Positions 10,282 through 18,963 of a stretch of DNA of 64,000 nt are shown piece by piece. The notes under the pieces were generated by a model, which was given only the letters and a program-made list of their open reading frames with translations, was not told the DNA's origin and made no database searches. The DNA comes from Cyanobacteria bacterium P01_A01_bin.123 (lineage in GTDB: Bacteria; Cyanobacteriota; Cyanobacteriia; Phormidesmidales; Phormidesmidaceae). The stretch lies in assembly GCA_039815185.1 (NCBI GenBank), contig JBCBZT010000028.1:39650-103649 (forward strand), in the 5' to 3' direction. Each line of letters opens with the position of its first letter. Position 1 is the stretch's first letter. A program made the translations under genes and the position numbers.

Positions 10282-11352
10282 CTAAGCCGCGATCGCTTGG
10301 GAAATAGCCACGCCATCTAACCCGTGGCCAATGAACACCAGCCGGGTGGTGCGGGGCTCAGCGGCCTGCCAGGGGCGATCATAAAATTGGTCAAACCGTT
10401 GTCCCACCCCCTGCAAAACCAGACGCATCGCCTTGTTGGGGACGGCGACAAAGCCTTTGATCCGGTAGATTTCTTGCGCTTGCACCAGCGCTCGTAAACG
10501 GTCAACTAGCGCCGTGGGGTCAAAGGTTTGCTCAAGTTCTACGCAGATTGAGTTGATGTCGTCATCGTGTTCGTGATCCTCTTCACTGTCGTGATGGCTG
10601 GGACGGCTGTCGAGGTTGTCTTCCACAGCGGCATTGAAGCCCAACAGCACGTCTGAGCTGATTTCACCGTTTTGGCAAGGTACGATCTTGACGCCGTTGG
10701 GCACCTGCTGGTGGAGCCATTGCTGAACGCGATCGCGCCCTTCAGTCTCCATCACGTCCATCTTGGTTAGCAGCACCATATCAGCACAAGCCAGCTGATC
10801 TTCAAACAGCTCTTCAATCGGCGTTTCATGCTCTAAACTATCGTCGGCTTGGCGTTGGGCTTCTAGCGCCTCCAAGTCGCCCACCAGTTGACCCTTGATC
10901 AGCGCGTCCCCATCTACAACGGTAACGACCCCATCCACCGTGGCACCCGTGCGAATTTCCGGCCACCGGAAGGCTTGCACGAGGGGTTTCGGCAAGGCCA
11001 GCCCTGACGTTTCAATCACAATGCTGTCAATTTGGTCGCGTCGTTTCAAGAGGGCTTGCATCGTCGGCAAAAATTCCTCTTGCACAGTGCAGCAAAGGCA
11101 GCCGTTGGCCAGTTCTAGAATATTGCTGTCTGGGTTGTTTCTGTCTGAATTGTCACTGGCCTCGTCTTCCTCATCGCAAACCTGGCAAGATCGCAGCAGC
11201 TCACCGTCAATGCCCACTTCGCCAAATTCATTGACGATGACGGCAATGCGACGACCTTGATTGTGCTGCAATAGGTGACGCACCAATGTGGTCTTACCTG
11301 ACCCCAGAAAGCCAGTGACCACGGTAACCGGAATTTTATGCATGGGAGTCAT
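10282..11352 (-). CDS. cobW: cobalamin biosynthesis metallochaperone GTPase CobW
   Basis: KIPVTVVTGFLGSGKTT, NEFGE, GCLCC, IETSGLA, CobW_C YRIKG; start at MTPMHK after GGAGA. Confidence 0.93.
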   Translation of the reverse strand: MTPMHKIPVTVVTGFLGSGKTTLVRHLLQHNQGRRIAVIVNEFGEVGIDGELLRSCQVCDEEDEASDNSDRNNPDSNILELANGCLCCTVQEEFLPTMQALLKRRDQIDSIVIETSGLALPKPLVQAFRWPEIRTGATVDGVVTVVDGDALIKGQLVGDLEALEAQRQADDSLEHETPIEELFEDQLACADMVLLTKMDVMETEGRDRVQQWLHQQVPNGVKIVPCQNGEISSDVLLGFNAAVEDNLDSRPSHHDSEEDHEHDDDINSICVELEQTFDPTALVDRLRALVQAQEIYRIKGFVAVPNKAMRLVLQGVGQRFDQFYDRPWQAAEPRTTRLVFIGHGLDGVAISQAIAA

Positions 11353-11731
11353 TCTCCTGAGGTAAAGGGGGTAAAACAAAGGCGGTTGCCTCCCGAATGG
11401 TCGCCGAGCGATCGCGGTAGGGCACCTTGCCATCGGCACAGGCGGTATATTGCTGACAAAATTCTGATAGGGCCGTTGCCGCTTCCGTTGGCGGCAGCTG
11501 ACTGAGGATAAAGGTCAGCTTATCGGGGGCGGCTAAAGTGACGTTACAGGCTTGCTCACAAGCCGCCATACAGCGCAGTGGCCGGAGATGGACATTTGTA
11601 TGTAAGTTTCGAGCGGCTAATTCTGTCTGTAATTGGTTGATCAAATACTGTCCTCCAGAGATGCCATCTCGACTTTTTTCATCGGCAGAAAATCGGCAGA
11701 GGGAACAAACGAACAAGGTGGTTTGGGTCAT
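11336..11731 (-). CDS. DUF1636 family putative metal-binding protein
   Basis: LFVCSLC...CMAAC...C and DGKVPYRDR pattern; usual neighbour of cobalamin genes. Confidence 0.8.
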   Translation of the reverse strand: MTQTTLFVCSLCRFSADEKSRDGISGGQYLINQLQTELAARNLHTNVHLRPLRCMAACEQACNVTLAAPDKLTFILSQLPPTEAATALSEFCQQYTACADGKVPYRDRSATIREATAFVLPPLPQENDSHA

Positions 11732-11774
11732 CTTTGCAAAATCTATAAGTAATTGAGGTCAATTCAGTCGAGGC

Positions 11775-12239
11775 TTAAGCGTCATCATCTGCGCCGTCTG
11801 CCATGGGTAACGGGAGCGTAAATTCATCCCAACGATGACGCACCTGGCGATAACATTCCGGTGGGGTGAGCGCCAATTGTTTGAGCAACTGAATATCGGT
11901 CTGACCGTTCCCCAGCATGAGTAGCAGCATGTCTTGCTCAGGGCGATAGGTCTGAACCGTACTCAGTAGGTGAGGGATTGATCCGGCTTCTATCGCTAGA
12001 CCTCTCAAATATGCGGGCACCTGGCTCTCGGCTATGAAGTGCAGGGTGTATTGCACCAGGTCACGGCTCCAGTCAACCGATGCAATATCAACCATGCTCA
12101 GATCACAGACCACCACGCCGCGTCCTTGGGTGAGCCACCCCTGCCAAGCGGCATGTCCTAAGGGCAGCAGATTTTCTTGAATAAACAGGGGTTGCCAATA
12201 GCCAAAGCAACCCTGCCAAACGCTATCTTTAACGCGCAT
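11775..12239 (-). CDS. hypothetical protein
   Basis: 154-aa ORF from MRVKDS with a cyanobacterial-looking AWQGWLTQGRGVVVC...TYRPEQD...PPECY pattern; function unknown. Confidence 0.6.
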   Translation of the reverse strand: MRVKDSVWQGCFGYWQPLFIQENLLPLGHAAWQGWLTQGRGVVVCDLSMVDIASVDWSRDLVQYTLHFIAESQVPAYLRGLAIEAGSIPHLLSTVQTYRPEQDMLLLMLGNGQTDIQLLKQLALTPPECYRQVRHRWDEFTLPLPMADGADDDA

Positions 12240-12243
12240 AATT

Positions 12244-12573
12244 TTAGGAAACCAGCGGCCCCATCTCAGCCCCGACGATTGCCTCGCCATAGGCATAGCC
12301 GTGGAAAATGATCCGGCTGCGACCCATCGCCGCAGCCAATAGCCCTGCCGCAATCACAAAAGCCAGGTAATCGAGTCCGGTTACCGAGTGCCCGATGCCG
12401 GACAAAAATCTCTCAAACAGAATATCGGGCGTTTCTCCACCAAAGGGGTGGTGAGCTAACACGAGTACCAGGCTGAAGAGGAGACCCGCGATCGCTAAAA
12501 ATGCTGCCAACTTAACTCGCCCCAATGGGCTTTTAGCCTTGATAAACGCCAAGGCTGCACGATATTGATTCAT
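12244..12573 (-). pseudogene. internally deleted, truncated HupE/UreJ Co/Ni transporter
   Basis: AHHPFGG...FLSGIGHSVTGLDY (degenerate HPxxGxDH) joined almost directly to FHGYAYGEAIVGAE, then a stop; only 109 aa. Confidence 0.75.
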
Positions 12574-12602
12574 CCGTACCTCGCAGACGAATAAAGAACA
12601 GA

Positions 12603-12792
12603 TTGACCATCGGCGGGCATTCTGACTTACGCAATTTTGGATTTTGAACGTTAGATTTTGGAGCAACATGCCTCGAAAATCTAAAACTGCCAATCCAAAA
12701 TCGGCTTACAGCTGCGGGACAGCGGCAGATTTTCACTGCACTTTCCCCCTTTCCTTCAGTGGCTGATCCCCACTAAAACCGATGAAGGTCAA
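12603..12792 (-). ncRNA. cobalamin riboswitch
   Basis: Minus strand reads ...CGGTT...GGGGGAAAGTGCAGTGAAAATCTGCCGCTGTCCCGCAGCTGTAAG...AAGTCAGAATGCCCGCCGATGG; ends pair (TTGACC..ATCGG / CCGATGGTCAA); directly upstream of cobalt genes. Confidence 0.9.
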
Positions 12793-13093
12793 AATCATAG
12801 CATTTGAATCTGGCCTGCCAGCATTGAAATTCCTCTTGTGTTACCAGGGAAACTTGCTCAAGGTCAGGCCCCCATTGAGTTTAGGTCCCTTTCAAGCCCA
12901 ACACTAATTTGTAAAGACAGCTTAAGCGATTGCGCCTGCATCAATTTTGCAGAATCACTTTTGCAGGCGAGACAATAAATCGCGACAATGGCATCAAGTC
13001 TGTTTTTGGGTTTGGCGTTTGTGTTTGAGCCCCCTCAATAGCCTTGGGCGTTGGCAAGATGGATTGTTGTTTCACATTGCAAAACTGTTGAAT

Positions 13094-13564
13094 ATGATGA
13101 CGCTAGACTTTCTCTTTAACGGGGCCAACCTGTTTGTACTGCCGTTTTGGGCACTGATGGTGATTGTGCCGGGGTGGGGAGTGACCCGTCGGGTCATGAC
13201 TTCCTACATTCCTTTTGTAGCCCTAGCGCTTACGTATCTCTACTGCTTTATCAACAGCCTTGACCCCGGTACGGCAGAAGCGTTTTCCAATCCTAATTTG
13301 GGCTTGTCTGATCTAGCGGCGCTATTTGCCAACGAAAAAGTGACCGCTGCGGGTTGGGTGCATTTTTTGGTGATGGATTTGTTTGTAGGTCGCTGGATTT
13401 ATTTGCGGGGGCAAGACCTGGGCATTTTTACCCGCCATTCCCTAGCACTATGTTTGTTTGCCGGGCCGCTGGGGTTGCTTTCCCATATGTTGACTGAAAC
13501 GGTAACCCAGCGATTCTTTCAGCAGGCTGATGATGCCACCACGCAGAAAGCTGAAGCAGCATAA
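13094..13564 (+). CDS. ABA4-like (DUF4281) membrane protein
   Basis: VLPFWALM, GWVHFLVMDLFVGRWI, GPLGLL. Confidence 0.88.
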   Translation: MMTLDFLFNGANLFVLPFWALMVIVPGWGVTRRVMTSYIPFVALALTYLYCFINSLDPGTAEAFSNPNLGLSDLAALFANEKVTAAGWVHFLVMDLFVGRWIYLRGQDLGIFTRHSLALCLFAGPLGLLSHMLTETVTQRFFQQADDATTQKAEAA

Positions 13565-13743
13565 GTAATCAGGATAAGGGCTATTCCGAGGTTTGCAGGC
13601 TGCAATTTGGTTGTCATTGCTTGTTTTGACGGCATTTAGTTGGAATTGGATTAATCTAACAGTTCTGAAAGACTTCACTACAATTCTTACCTTTATAGGG
13701 TTTGCTGTTGTTTATCCAATTGGGATTTTCGTAGACGAATTAG

Positions 13744-13815
13744 CAGACTTCGCCTCGCCTTATTAGTGCAAGAGAAGTTACGCGAATAGAGCGAGATGCT
13801 TATGAAGAGGGATAA
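13744..13815 (+). pseudogene. C-terminal remnant of a BrnT-type toxin
   Basis: Frame reads RLISAREVTRIERDAYEEG-stop, matching the BrnT RIISAR..T..E...YE tail; in-frame TAG at 13741 and no start codon. Confidence 0.7.
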
Positions 13816-14056
13816 GTCAGAAATGGAAGATGATCTGCGGACAGAGTATGATTTGAAGAGCCTCCGGGTCAGAAAGCTAGGCTCCGGCAGAAAAAGTTTT
13901 AGTGGAGTAACTGTGCGGTTAGAACCTGATGTTGCAGAGATGTTTCCAAGTGCTGATGCGGTTAATGAGGCTTTACGATTTCTGATCAGAGTAATGCAGG
14001 ACAACCAAGTTCCTCCTCCAGCACAGGTTGACAATTCAAATGCAGTGGACAGTTGA
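13802..14056 (+). CDS. BrnA-like antitoxin / small DNA-binding protein
   Basis: DDLRTEYDL...VRLEPDVAEMFPSADAVNEALRFL; start overlaps the stop of the toxin remnant. Confidence 0.7.
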   Translation: MKRDKSEMEDDLRTEYDLKSLRVRKLGSGRKSFSGVTVRLEPDVAEMFPSADAVNEALRFLIRVMQDNQVPPPAQVDNSNAVDS

Positions 14057-14228
14057 ATGTTGCTAATGCTGAGTTCGAGGTTATCTCCTGCTGAAAAGCT
14101 CACGCCTGGATTGCTCTAAGGTCAGACCCAGTGGTACAAATAGCAGGATTGCTAGGATCGAGATCCCGACGGGAAGGATCCGCTGATAACTTCCCATGTT
14201 CTGTTTTGCTAGAGGCGGTGAGGCTGAG

Positions 14229-15899
14229 ATGACTCATTTTTGGTTACCTGGATGGGGTTTGGGGTTTAGTCGCCAACGGCGATCGCTGCTGAAGTTCCTC
14301 AGCCTATTGAGTGCCTGTTTGTTCCTGACGGTAAGCTGTGGTTCCACTACAGATTCTGAGTCTGCAGGTACGGGTGATGCAGCAACGGCTGACGCTGGGG
14401 GTCGCATCACCATGGGCACCACCCTAACAGCGCGCACGCTCGATCCAGCTGATGCTTACGAAATCTTTCCGGGGATTTTGCTTTACAACTTGGGCGATCG
14501 CCTCTATGCCTATGAACCCGGCACCACAGACCTAATTCCCCAGTTGGCGACAGAAATGCCCAACATTAGTGAAGACGGCTTGACCTATGTCATTCCCCTC
14601 CGCGACGACGTTACCCTGCATGATGGCACCCCCTTCAATGCCGAAGTCATGGCCTTTTCGATTCAGCGGTTTATGGAAAATGGGGGGCGTCCGGCGTTTT
14701 TGCTGTCTGAGAAAATTGAGTCGGTGGAAGCCACCGGAGACTATGAGCTGACGATTACCCTGAAGCAGCCCTTTGCCCCCTTTACTGCCCTGCTGACCTT
14801 TTGGGGGGTGACGCCCGTACCGCCTGACAGCTACGAAATTGCTTCTGGCAGCTTTCAGCCCGACAGCTTGATTGGGTCTGGCCCCTACAAACTCGCCTCC
14901 TTTGGCTCCGATGCCATTAAATTAGACGTGAACGAAGACTACTGGGGCGAAAAGCCTGCCAATGAGGGCATTGACATTCAAATTTTTACCAGCCCGGCTA
15001 ACCTCTACAACACCTTCCTCACTGGCGGACTGGATGTGGCTTACCAAACCCTAGATCCAGATCAAATTGCCAGCTTAGAGCAGGATGCCGATAGTGGTGG
15101 CTGGCAGGTGATTGAAGCAGGTACCACGGTGATCAATTTCATGAGCCTCAATCAAAAAATTGAGCCGACCGATGACGTGACCGTGCGTAAAGCGATCGCA
15201 GCCATGATCGACCGCAACTTGATTAACGAGCGGGTTTTTCAGGGTCAGGCCGAACCGCTTTATAGCCTAATTCCTAACGGCTTTGACAGCTATGAACCCG
15301 TGTTTGAAGAGGCCTATGGTGACGGTGATTTTGACCAGGCCAGAACCTTACTCGAAGATGCCGGATTTTCTGAAGCAAATCCCCTCACCTTTGAAATTTG
15401 GTATCCTTCCGCTTCCACCACCCGCAGCATTGTCGCCTCCACGCTCAAAGAGTCCATTGAAGCGGGGTTGCCGGGATTGGTGACGGTAGACATCCAAACG
15501 GCTGAAGCCGCCACCCTCTGGGAAAATGTGGAAAAAGGCGTCTACCCCACAGTTCTCTCTAACTGGTATCCCGACTACTACGATGCGGATACCTTTATTC
15601 AGCCGTTTATGAGTTGTGACCAGGGCAGTGCCGAAACCCTGTGTGAACAGGGGGCGAGTCAGGGCAGTGGTTCGTTCTATTACAGCGAAACAGCCAATCA
15701 GCTGATCACCCAGCAACAAGCTGAGCAAGATCCCGCTGCCCGCCTTGAAATCTTTAAGGAGATTCAGCAAGTCCTCAAAGAGGATGTGCCTTACATTCCC
15801 CTGTGGCAAAACAAAGACTATGTGTTTGCCCAAGGCGGTGTCGAAGGAGTTGAGATTCAACCCACCCAGCAGTTTCTCCTTTGGCAAATTAGCAAATAA
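14229..15899 (+). CDS. peptide/nickel ABC transporter substrate-binding lipoprotein (family 5)
   Basis: Lipobox-like LTVSC, TLDPADAYE, GSGPYKL, DVPYIPLWQ; start could also be 14196. Confidence 0.9.
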   Translation: MTHFWLPGWGLGFSRQRRSLLKFLSLLSACLFLTVSCGSTTDSESAGTGDAATADAGGRITMGTTLTARTLDPADAYEIFPGILLYNLGDRLYAYEPGTTDLIPQLATEMPNISEDGLTYVIPLRDDVTLHDGTPFNAEVMAFSIQRFMENGGRPAFLLSEKIESVEATGDYELTITLKQPFAPFTALLTFWGVTPVPPDSYEIASGSFQPDSLIGSGPYKLASFGSDAIKLDVNEDYWGEKPANEGIDIQIFTSPANLYNTFLTGGLDVAYQTLDPDQIASLEQDADSGGWQVIEAGTTVINFMSLNQKIEPTDDVTVRKAIAAMIDRNLINERVFQGQAEPLYSLIPNGFDSYEPVFEEAYGDGDFDQARTLLEDAGFSEANPLTFEIWYPSASTTRSIVASTLKESIEAGLPGLVTVDIQTAEAATLWENVEKGVYPTVLSNWYPDYYDADTFIQPFMSCDQGSAETLCEQGASQGSGSFYYSETANQLITQQQAEQDPAARLEIFKEIQQVLKEDVPYIPLWQNKDYVFAQGGVEGVEIQPTQQFLLWQISK

Positions 15900-15902
15900 A
15901 TA

Positions 15903-16928
15903 ATGTCTCGCTCCAACGCCCTTCGCTATTACGTGCTGTCGCGGCTATTGTTAGCCCCGCTGATGATCTGGACAATCACAACCGTGGTGTTTTTGCTGCT
16001 GCGGGCGACCCCTGGTGATCCGGTGGATGCCCTCTTGGGGCAACGGGCACCGGAAGCGGCGAAAGACACCCTGCGATCGCAGCTTGGATTAGATGCCCCT
16101 TTGTGGCTGCAATATCTGCGCTATCTCGGTAAGCTGCTGCAACTGGATTTGGGTAGCTCCATTGCCAGCCAGGGACAAACGGTATGGCAAATTATTGCCG
16201 ATCACTTCCCGGCCACAGTAGAGCTAACCCTCGGCGGCATGATGATTGCAGCGGGTGTTGGTTTAACGGTGGGTTCTCTAGCCGCCTCTCGTCCCAATTC
16301 GTCTTTGGACGCCGGGGGACGGCTGTTTGGCATCGTCACCTATGCCATCCCGATGTATTGGTTCGGCATGATTTTACAGTTGATTTTTGCGGTGCAGCTG
16401 CGCTGGTTTCCCATCGGCACCCGCTTTCCGCTCAGTGCTACTCCCCCAGCAGGGCCAACTGGGCTGTATGTGCTGGATAGTTTGCTTCACGGCAACATCA
16501 GCCAGTGCGGTACGGCACTGTACTATCTGGCGTTGCCCTGCCTCACCCTAGGTATTTTGATTAGCGGTATTTTTGAACGCATGGTGCGGGTCAACCTGAA
16601 GCAAACTCTCCGGGCTGACTATGTGGAAGCGGCGCGGGCACGGGGGATTCCAGAAGTCCGCATCGTGGTTGCCCATGCCCTTAAAAATGCACTGATTCCA
16701 GTGATTACCGTTTTAGGCTTAACCTTTGCCTCAATGTTAGGCGGGGCAGTGTTGACGGAGGTGACTTTTTCGTGGCCTGGGTTGGCGAATCGACTTTACG
16801 AAGCGATCGCCCAACGAGATTATCCCGTGGTGCAGGGGTTGCTGGTGTTTTTGTCGGCAATTGTTGCCATCGTTAGCATCTTGATTGATATCCTCAACGC
16901 TTACGTCGATCCTCGGATTCGATATTAA
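15903..16928 (+). CDS. peptide ABC transporter permease (DppB/OppB family)
   Basis: PGDPV, PATVEL, EAA loop DYVEAARARG, RDYPVVQG, DPRIRY. Confidence 0.93.
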   Translation: MSRSNALRYYVLSRLLLAPLMIWTITTVVFLLLRATPGDPVDALLGQRAPEAAKDTLRSQLGLDAPLWLQYLRYLGKLLQLDLGSSIASQGQTVWQIIADHFPATVELTLGGMMIAAGVGLTVGSLAASRPNSSLDAGGRLFGIVTYAIPMYWFGMILQLIFAVQLRWFPIGTRFPLSATPPAGPTGLYVLDSLLHGNISQCGTALYYLALPCLTLGILISGIFERMVRVNLKQTLRADYVEAARARGIPEVRIVVAHALKNALIPVITVLGLTFASMLGGAVLTEVTFSWPGLANRLYEAIAQRDYPVVQGLLVFLSAIVAIVSILIDILNAYVDPRIRY

Positions 16929-16979
16929 GCACTCAGCAAATTCCTGCTTAGAATGAAGTGACGGCTCTATTGGGGCAGT

Positions 16980-17576
16980 GTGATGGCTCAAACGGCTGCT
17001 AATTTTATGACGTTTACAGATTTTTTGGCGGACAGTAGTGGCAGGCCAGGCCCTTCGGTGCTGCTCACAACTGGAGATGTGATCACCGTGCCGACCGAAA
17101 GTGAACTGAATAGCTACCTAGCCACCGTACTTCAGATGGCGTTGATCAAATTTGTCCCGTTGCGACTGGTAAAGACCCATACAGTGACGCTTGAAATTGA
17201 ACCAACGGGGGACAACTGGAGAAATCGCTATCCTGACTTGCTAGTGCTGCGACCTGAACACATTGACCTGATGGCTGAGACAAAACAGGCGTCAATTCAG
17301 TTGGGCATGCCTGCCCCGCAGTTTGTGGCAGAAGTGGTGAGTCCAGGGCCGGAAACCAGCGAAAATTATCGTCGTGATTACGACTGGAAGCGCCACCAGT
17401 ATGAGCAATGGGAGATTCCTGAATATTGGATCATCGATCCAGTCCGGGCAAAGGTGACGGTATTGCTGCTGGAGCAAGGGCACTATCGCGAGGAAATTTA
17501 TCAGGATGAACAGTGGATTGAATCGTCTGTTTTTCCTAAGTTAAGGTTGCAGGCCAACTCAATTTTGATAGCTTGA
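16980..17576 (+). CDS. Uma2 family endonuclease-like protein
   Basis: RYPDLLV, VAEVVSPG, RDYDWKR..Y...IPEYWIIDP. Confidence 0.88.
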   Translation: MMAQTAANFMTFTDFLADSSGRPGPSVLLTTGDVITVPTESELNSYLATVLQMALIKFVPLRLVKTHTVTLEIEPTGDNWRNRYPDLLVLRPEHIDLMAETKQASIQLGMPAPQFVAEVVSPGPETSENYRRDYDWKRHQYEQWEIPEYWIIDPVRAKVTVLLLEQGHYREEIYQDEQWIESSVFPKLRLQANSILIA

Positions 17577-17606
17577 TGTTGTTTAAGCGAAATTAGCTGA
17601 ACTACC

Positions 17607-18803
17607 TTGAAAAGACGGAGAACACGACTCGGCAAAGCCCTCCAGTTGGGATTGCTGCTAGCCTTGAGTTTGGTCATAGTCCTGTCAATCATTGTTTTCT
17701 CGATGGGGCCATCTTTTGTCGCCAAGCGACTCAATCTTGTCGGCAATGCAACCTTTGCACCGCTCAAACCATCTATTCAATCGCTGCACCAGTCTTTGAC
17801 TATCGTTGATTTACATGCCGATTCTCTACTTTGGGGGAGAAATTTGGCTCGCTTATCAGACTTTGGTCATGTTGATATCCCCCGTCTGATCCAGGGTAAT
17901 GTGGCGTTGCAAACGTTTACGGTCGTGACCAAAGTGCCAACGTCTTTGATGTTAGAGGGCAACAGCGATCGCAGCGACGACATTATAAAACTTGCGTTGC
18001 TTCAGCGCTGGCCGATGACCACATGGTTTAGCCTCAAAGCGCGGGCGCTTTATCAAGCCAAACAGTTTCAAAAACTCGAAAACAAAGCACCAGACCAATT
18101 CAGAATTATCAAAACCCAAACGGACTGGAATGAGTATTTACAGCAAAGGGCTAACAATCAACAAATCACAGCAGGGTTACTGGGCTTAGAAGGTGCCCAC
18201 GCCTTGGAGGGCAACGTTGAAAATGTAGACCGTCTTTATGATGCAGGCTTTCGGCTGATTGGGTTAGCCCACTTTTTTGATACCCCGGTCAGCGGTTCTG
18301 CCCACGGGATTGACAGGGGGGGCTTGACGGCTTTGGGTCGGCAAGTGATCCAGCGCATGGCAGATCTCTACATGATTATTGACTTAGCCCATGCTTCATC
18401 TCAAACCGTTGACGACGTTTTGCAAATTACTAACCGCCCCGTTATCGTTTCCCACACTGGTGTCCAAGGGACTTGCGACAATGCTAGAAACTTGAGCGAT
18501 CGCCAGCTTCAACAAATCGCTCAAACAGGTGGTGTGATCGGCATTGGCTTTTGGCAAACGGCGGTGTGTGGGGAGGACGTTAGCGCCATTGTTCGTGCGA
18601 TTCGATATGTTGCGGATTTGGTTGGCGTTGAACACGTTGCTCTAGGGTCAGATTTTGATGGTGCAGTGCAGGTACCGTTTGATGCAACCCATTTAGATCA
18701 GGTTACAAATGCCTTAAAAGAAGACGGTTTTACTGAAACTGAGATTGCCAAAATCATGGGCCTGAACGTAATCCAGCTTTTGGAAAAACTGTTGCCAGTC
18801 TAG
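17607..18803 (+). CDS. membrane dipeptidase (peptidase M19)
   Basis: DLHADSL, GLEGAH, IDLAHAS, VSHTG, LGSDFDG. Confidence 0.92.
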   Translation: MKRRRTRLGKALQLGLLLALSLVIVLSIIVFSMGPSFVAKRLNLVGNATFAPLKPSIQSLHQSLTIVDLHADSLLWGRNLARLSDFGHVDIPRLIQGNVALQTFTVVTKVPTSLMLEGNSDRSDDIIKLALLQRWPMTTWFSLKARALYQAKQFQKLENKAPDQFRIIKTQTDWNEYLQQRANNQQITAGLLGLEGAHALEGNVENVDRLYDAGFRLIGLAHFFDTPVSGSAHGIDRGGLTALGRQVIQRMADLYMIIDLAHASSQTVDDVLQITNRPVIVSHTGVQGTCDNARNLSDRQLQQIAQTGGVIGIGFWQTAVCGEDVSAIVRAIRYVADLVGVEHVALGSDFDGAVQVPFDATHLDQVTNALKEDGFTETEIAKIMGLNVIQLLEKLLPV

Positions 18804-18963
18804 TTGCAGCGCGATCGCGTTCTCCATACCTCTAGTGTCCGGTTTCATTTCACTTTGGGCATCATCAATTTAGATAGGTTAGCGTTGTGACAGCAAGGGT
18901 GTTGTTGATTGCTTCCTGTCTTGATTGAAATCCTTAAATTGCCCTCTAAAGGAGACATGAGCG

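Noticed and set aside
12574..12736. Upstream extension of the hupE ORF and a 67-aa ORF
   Set aside because: Both run through the cobalamin riboswitch; the likely start is MNQY at 12573
13693..14103. 136-aa minus-strand ORF
   Set aside because: Antisense shadow of the BrnA-like gene and toxin remnant
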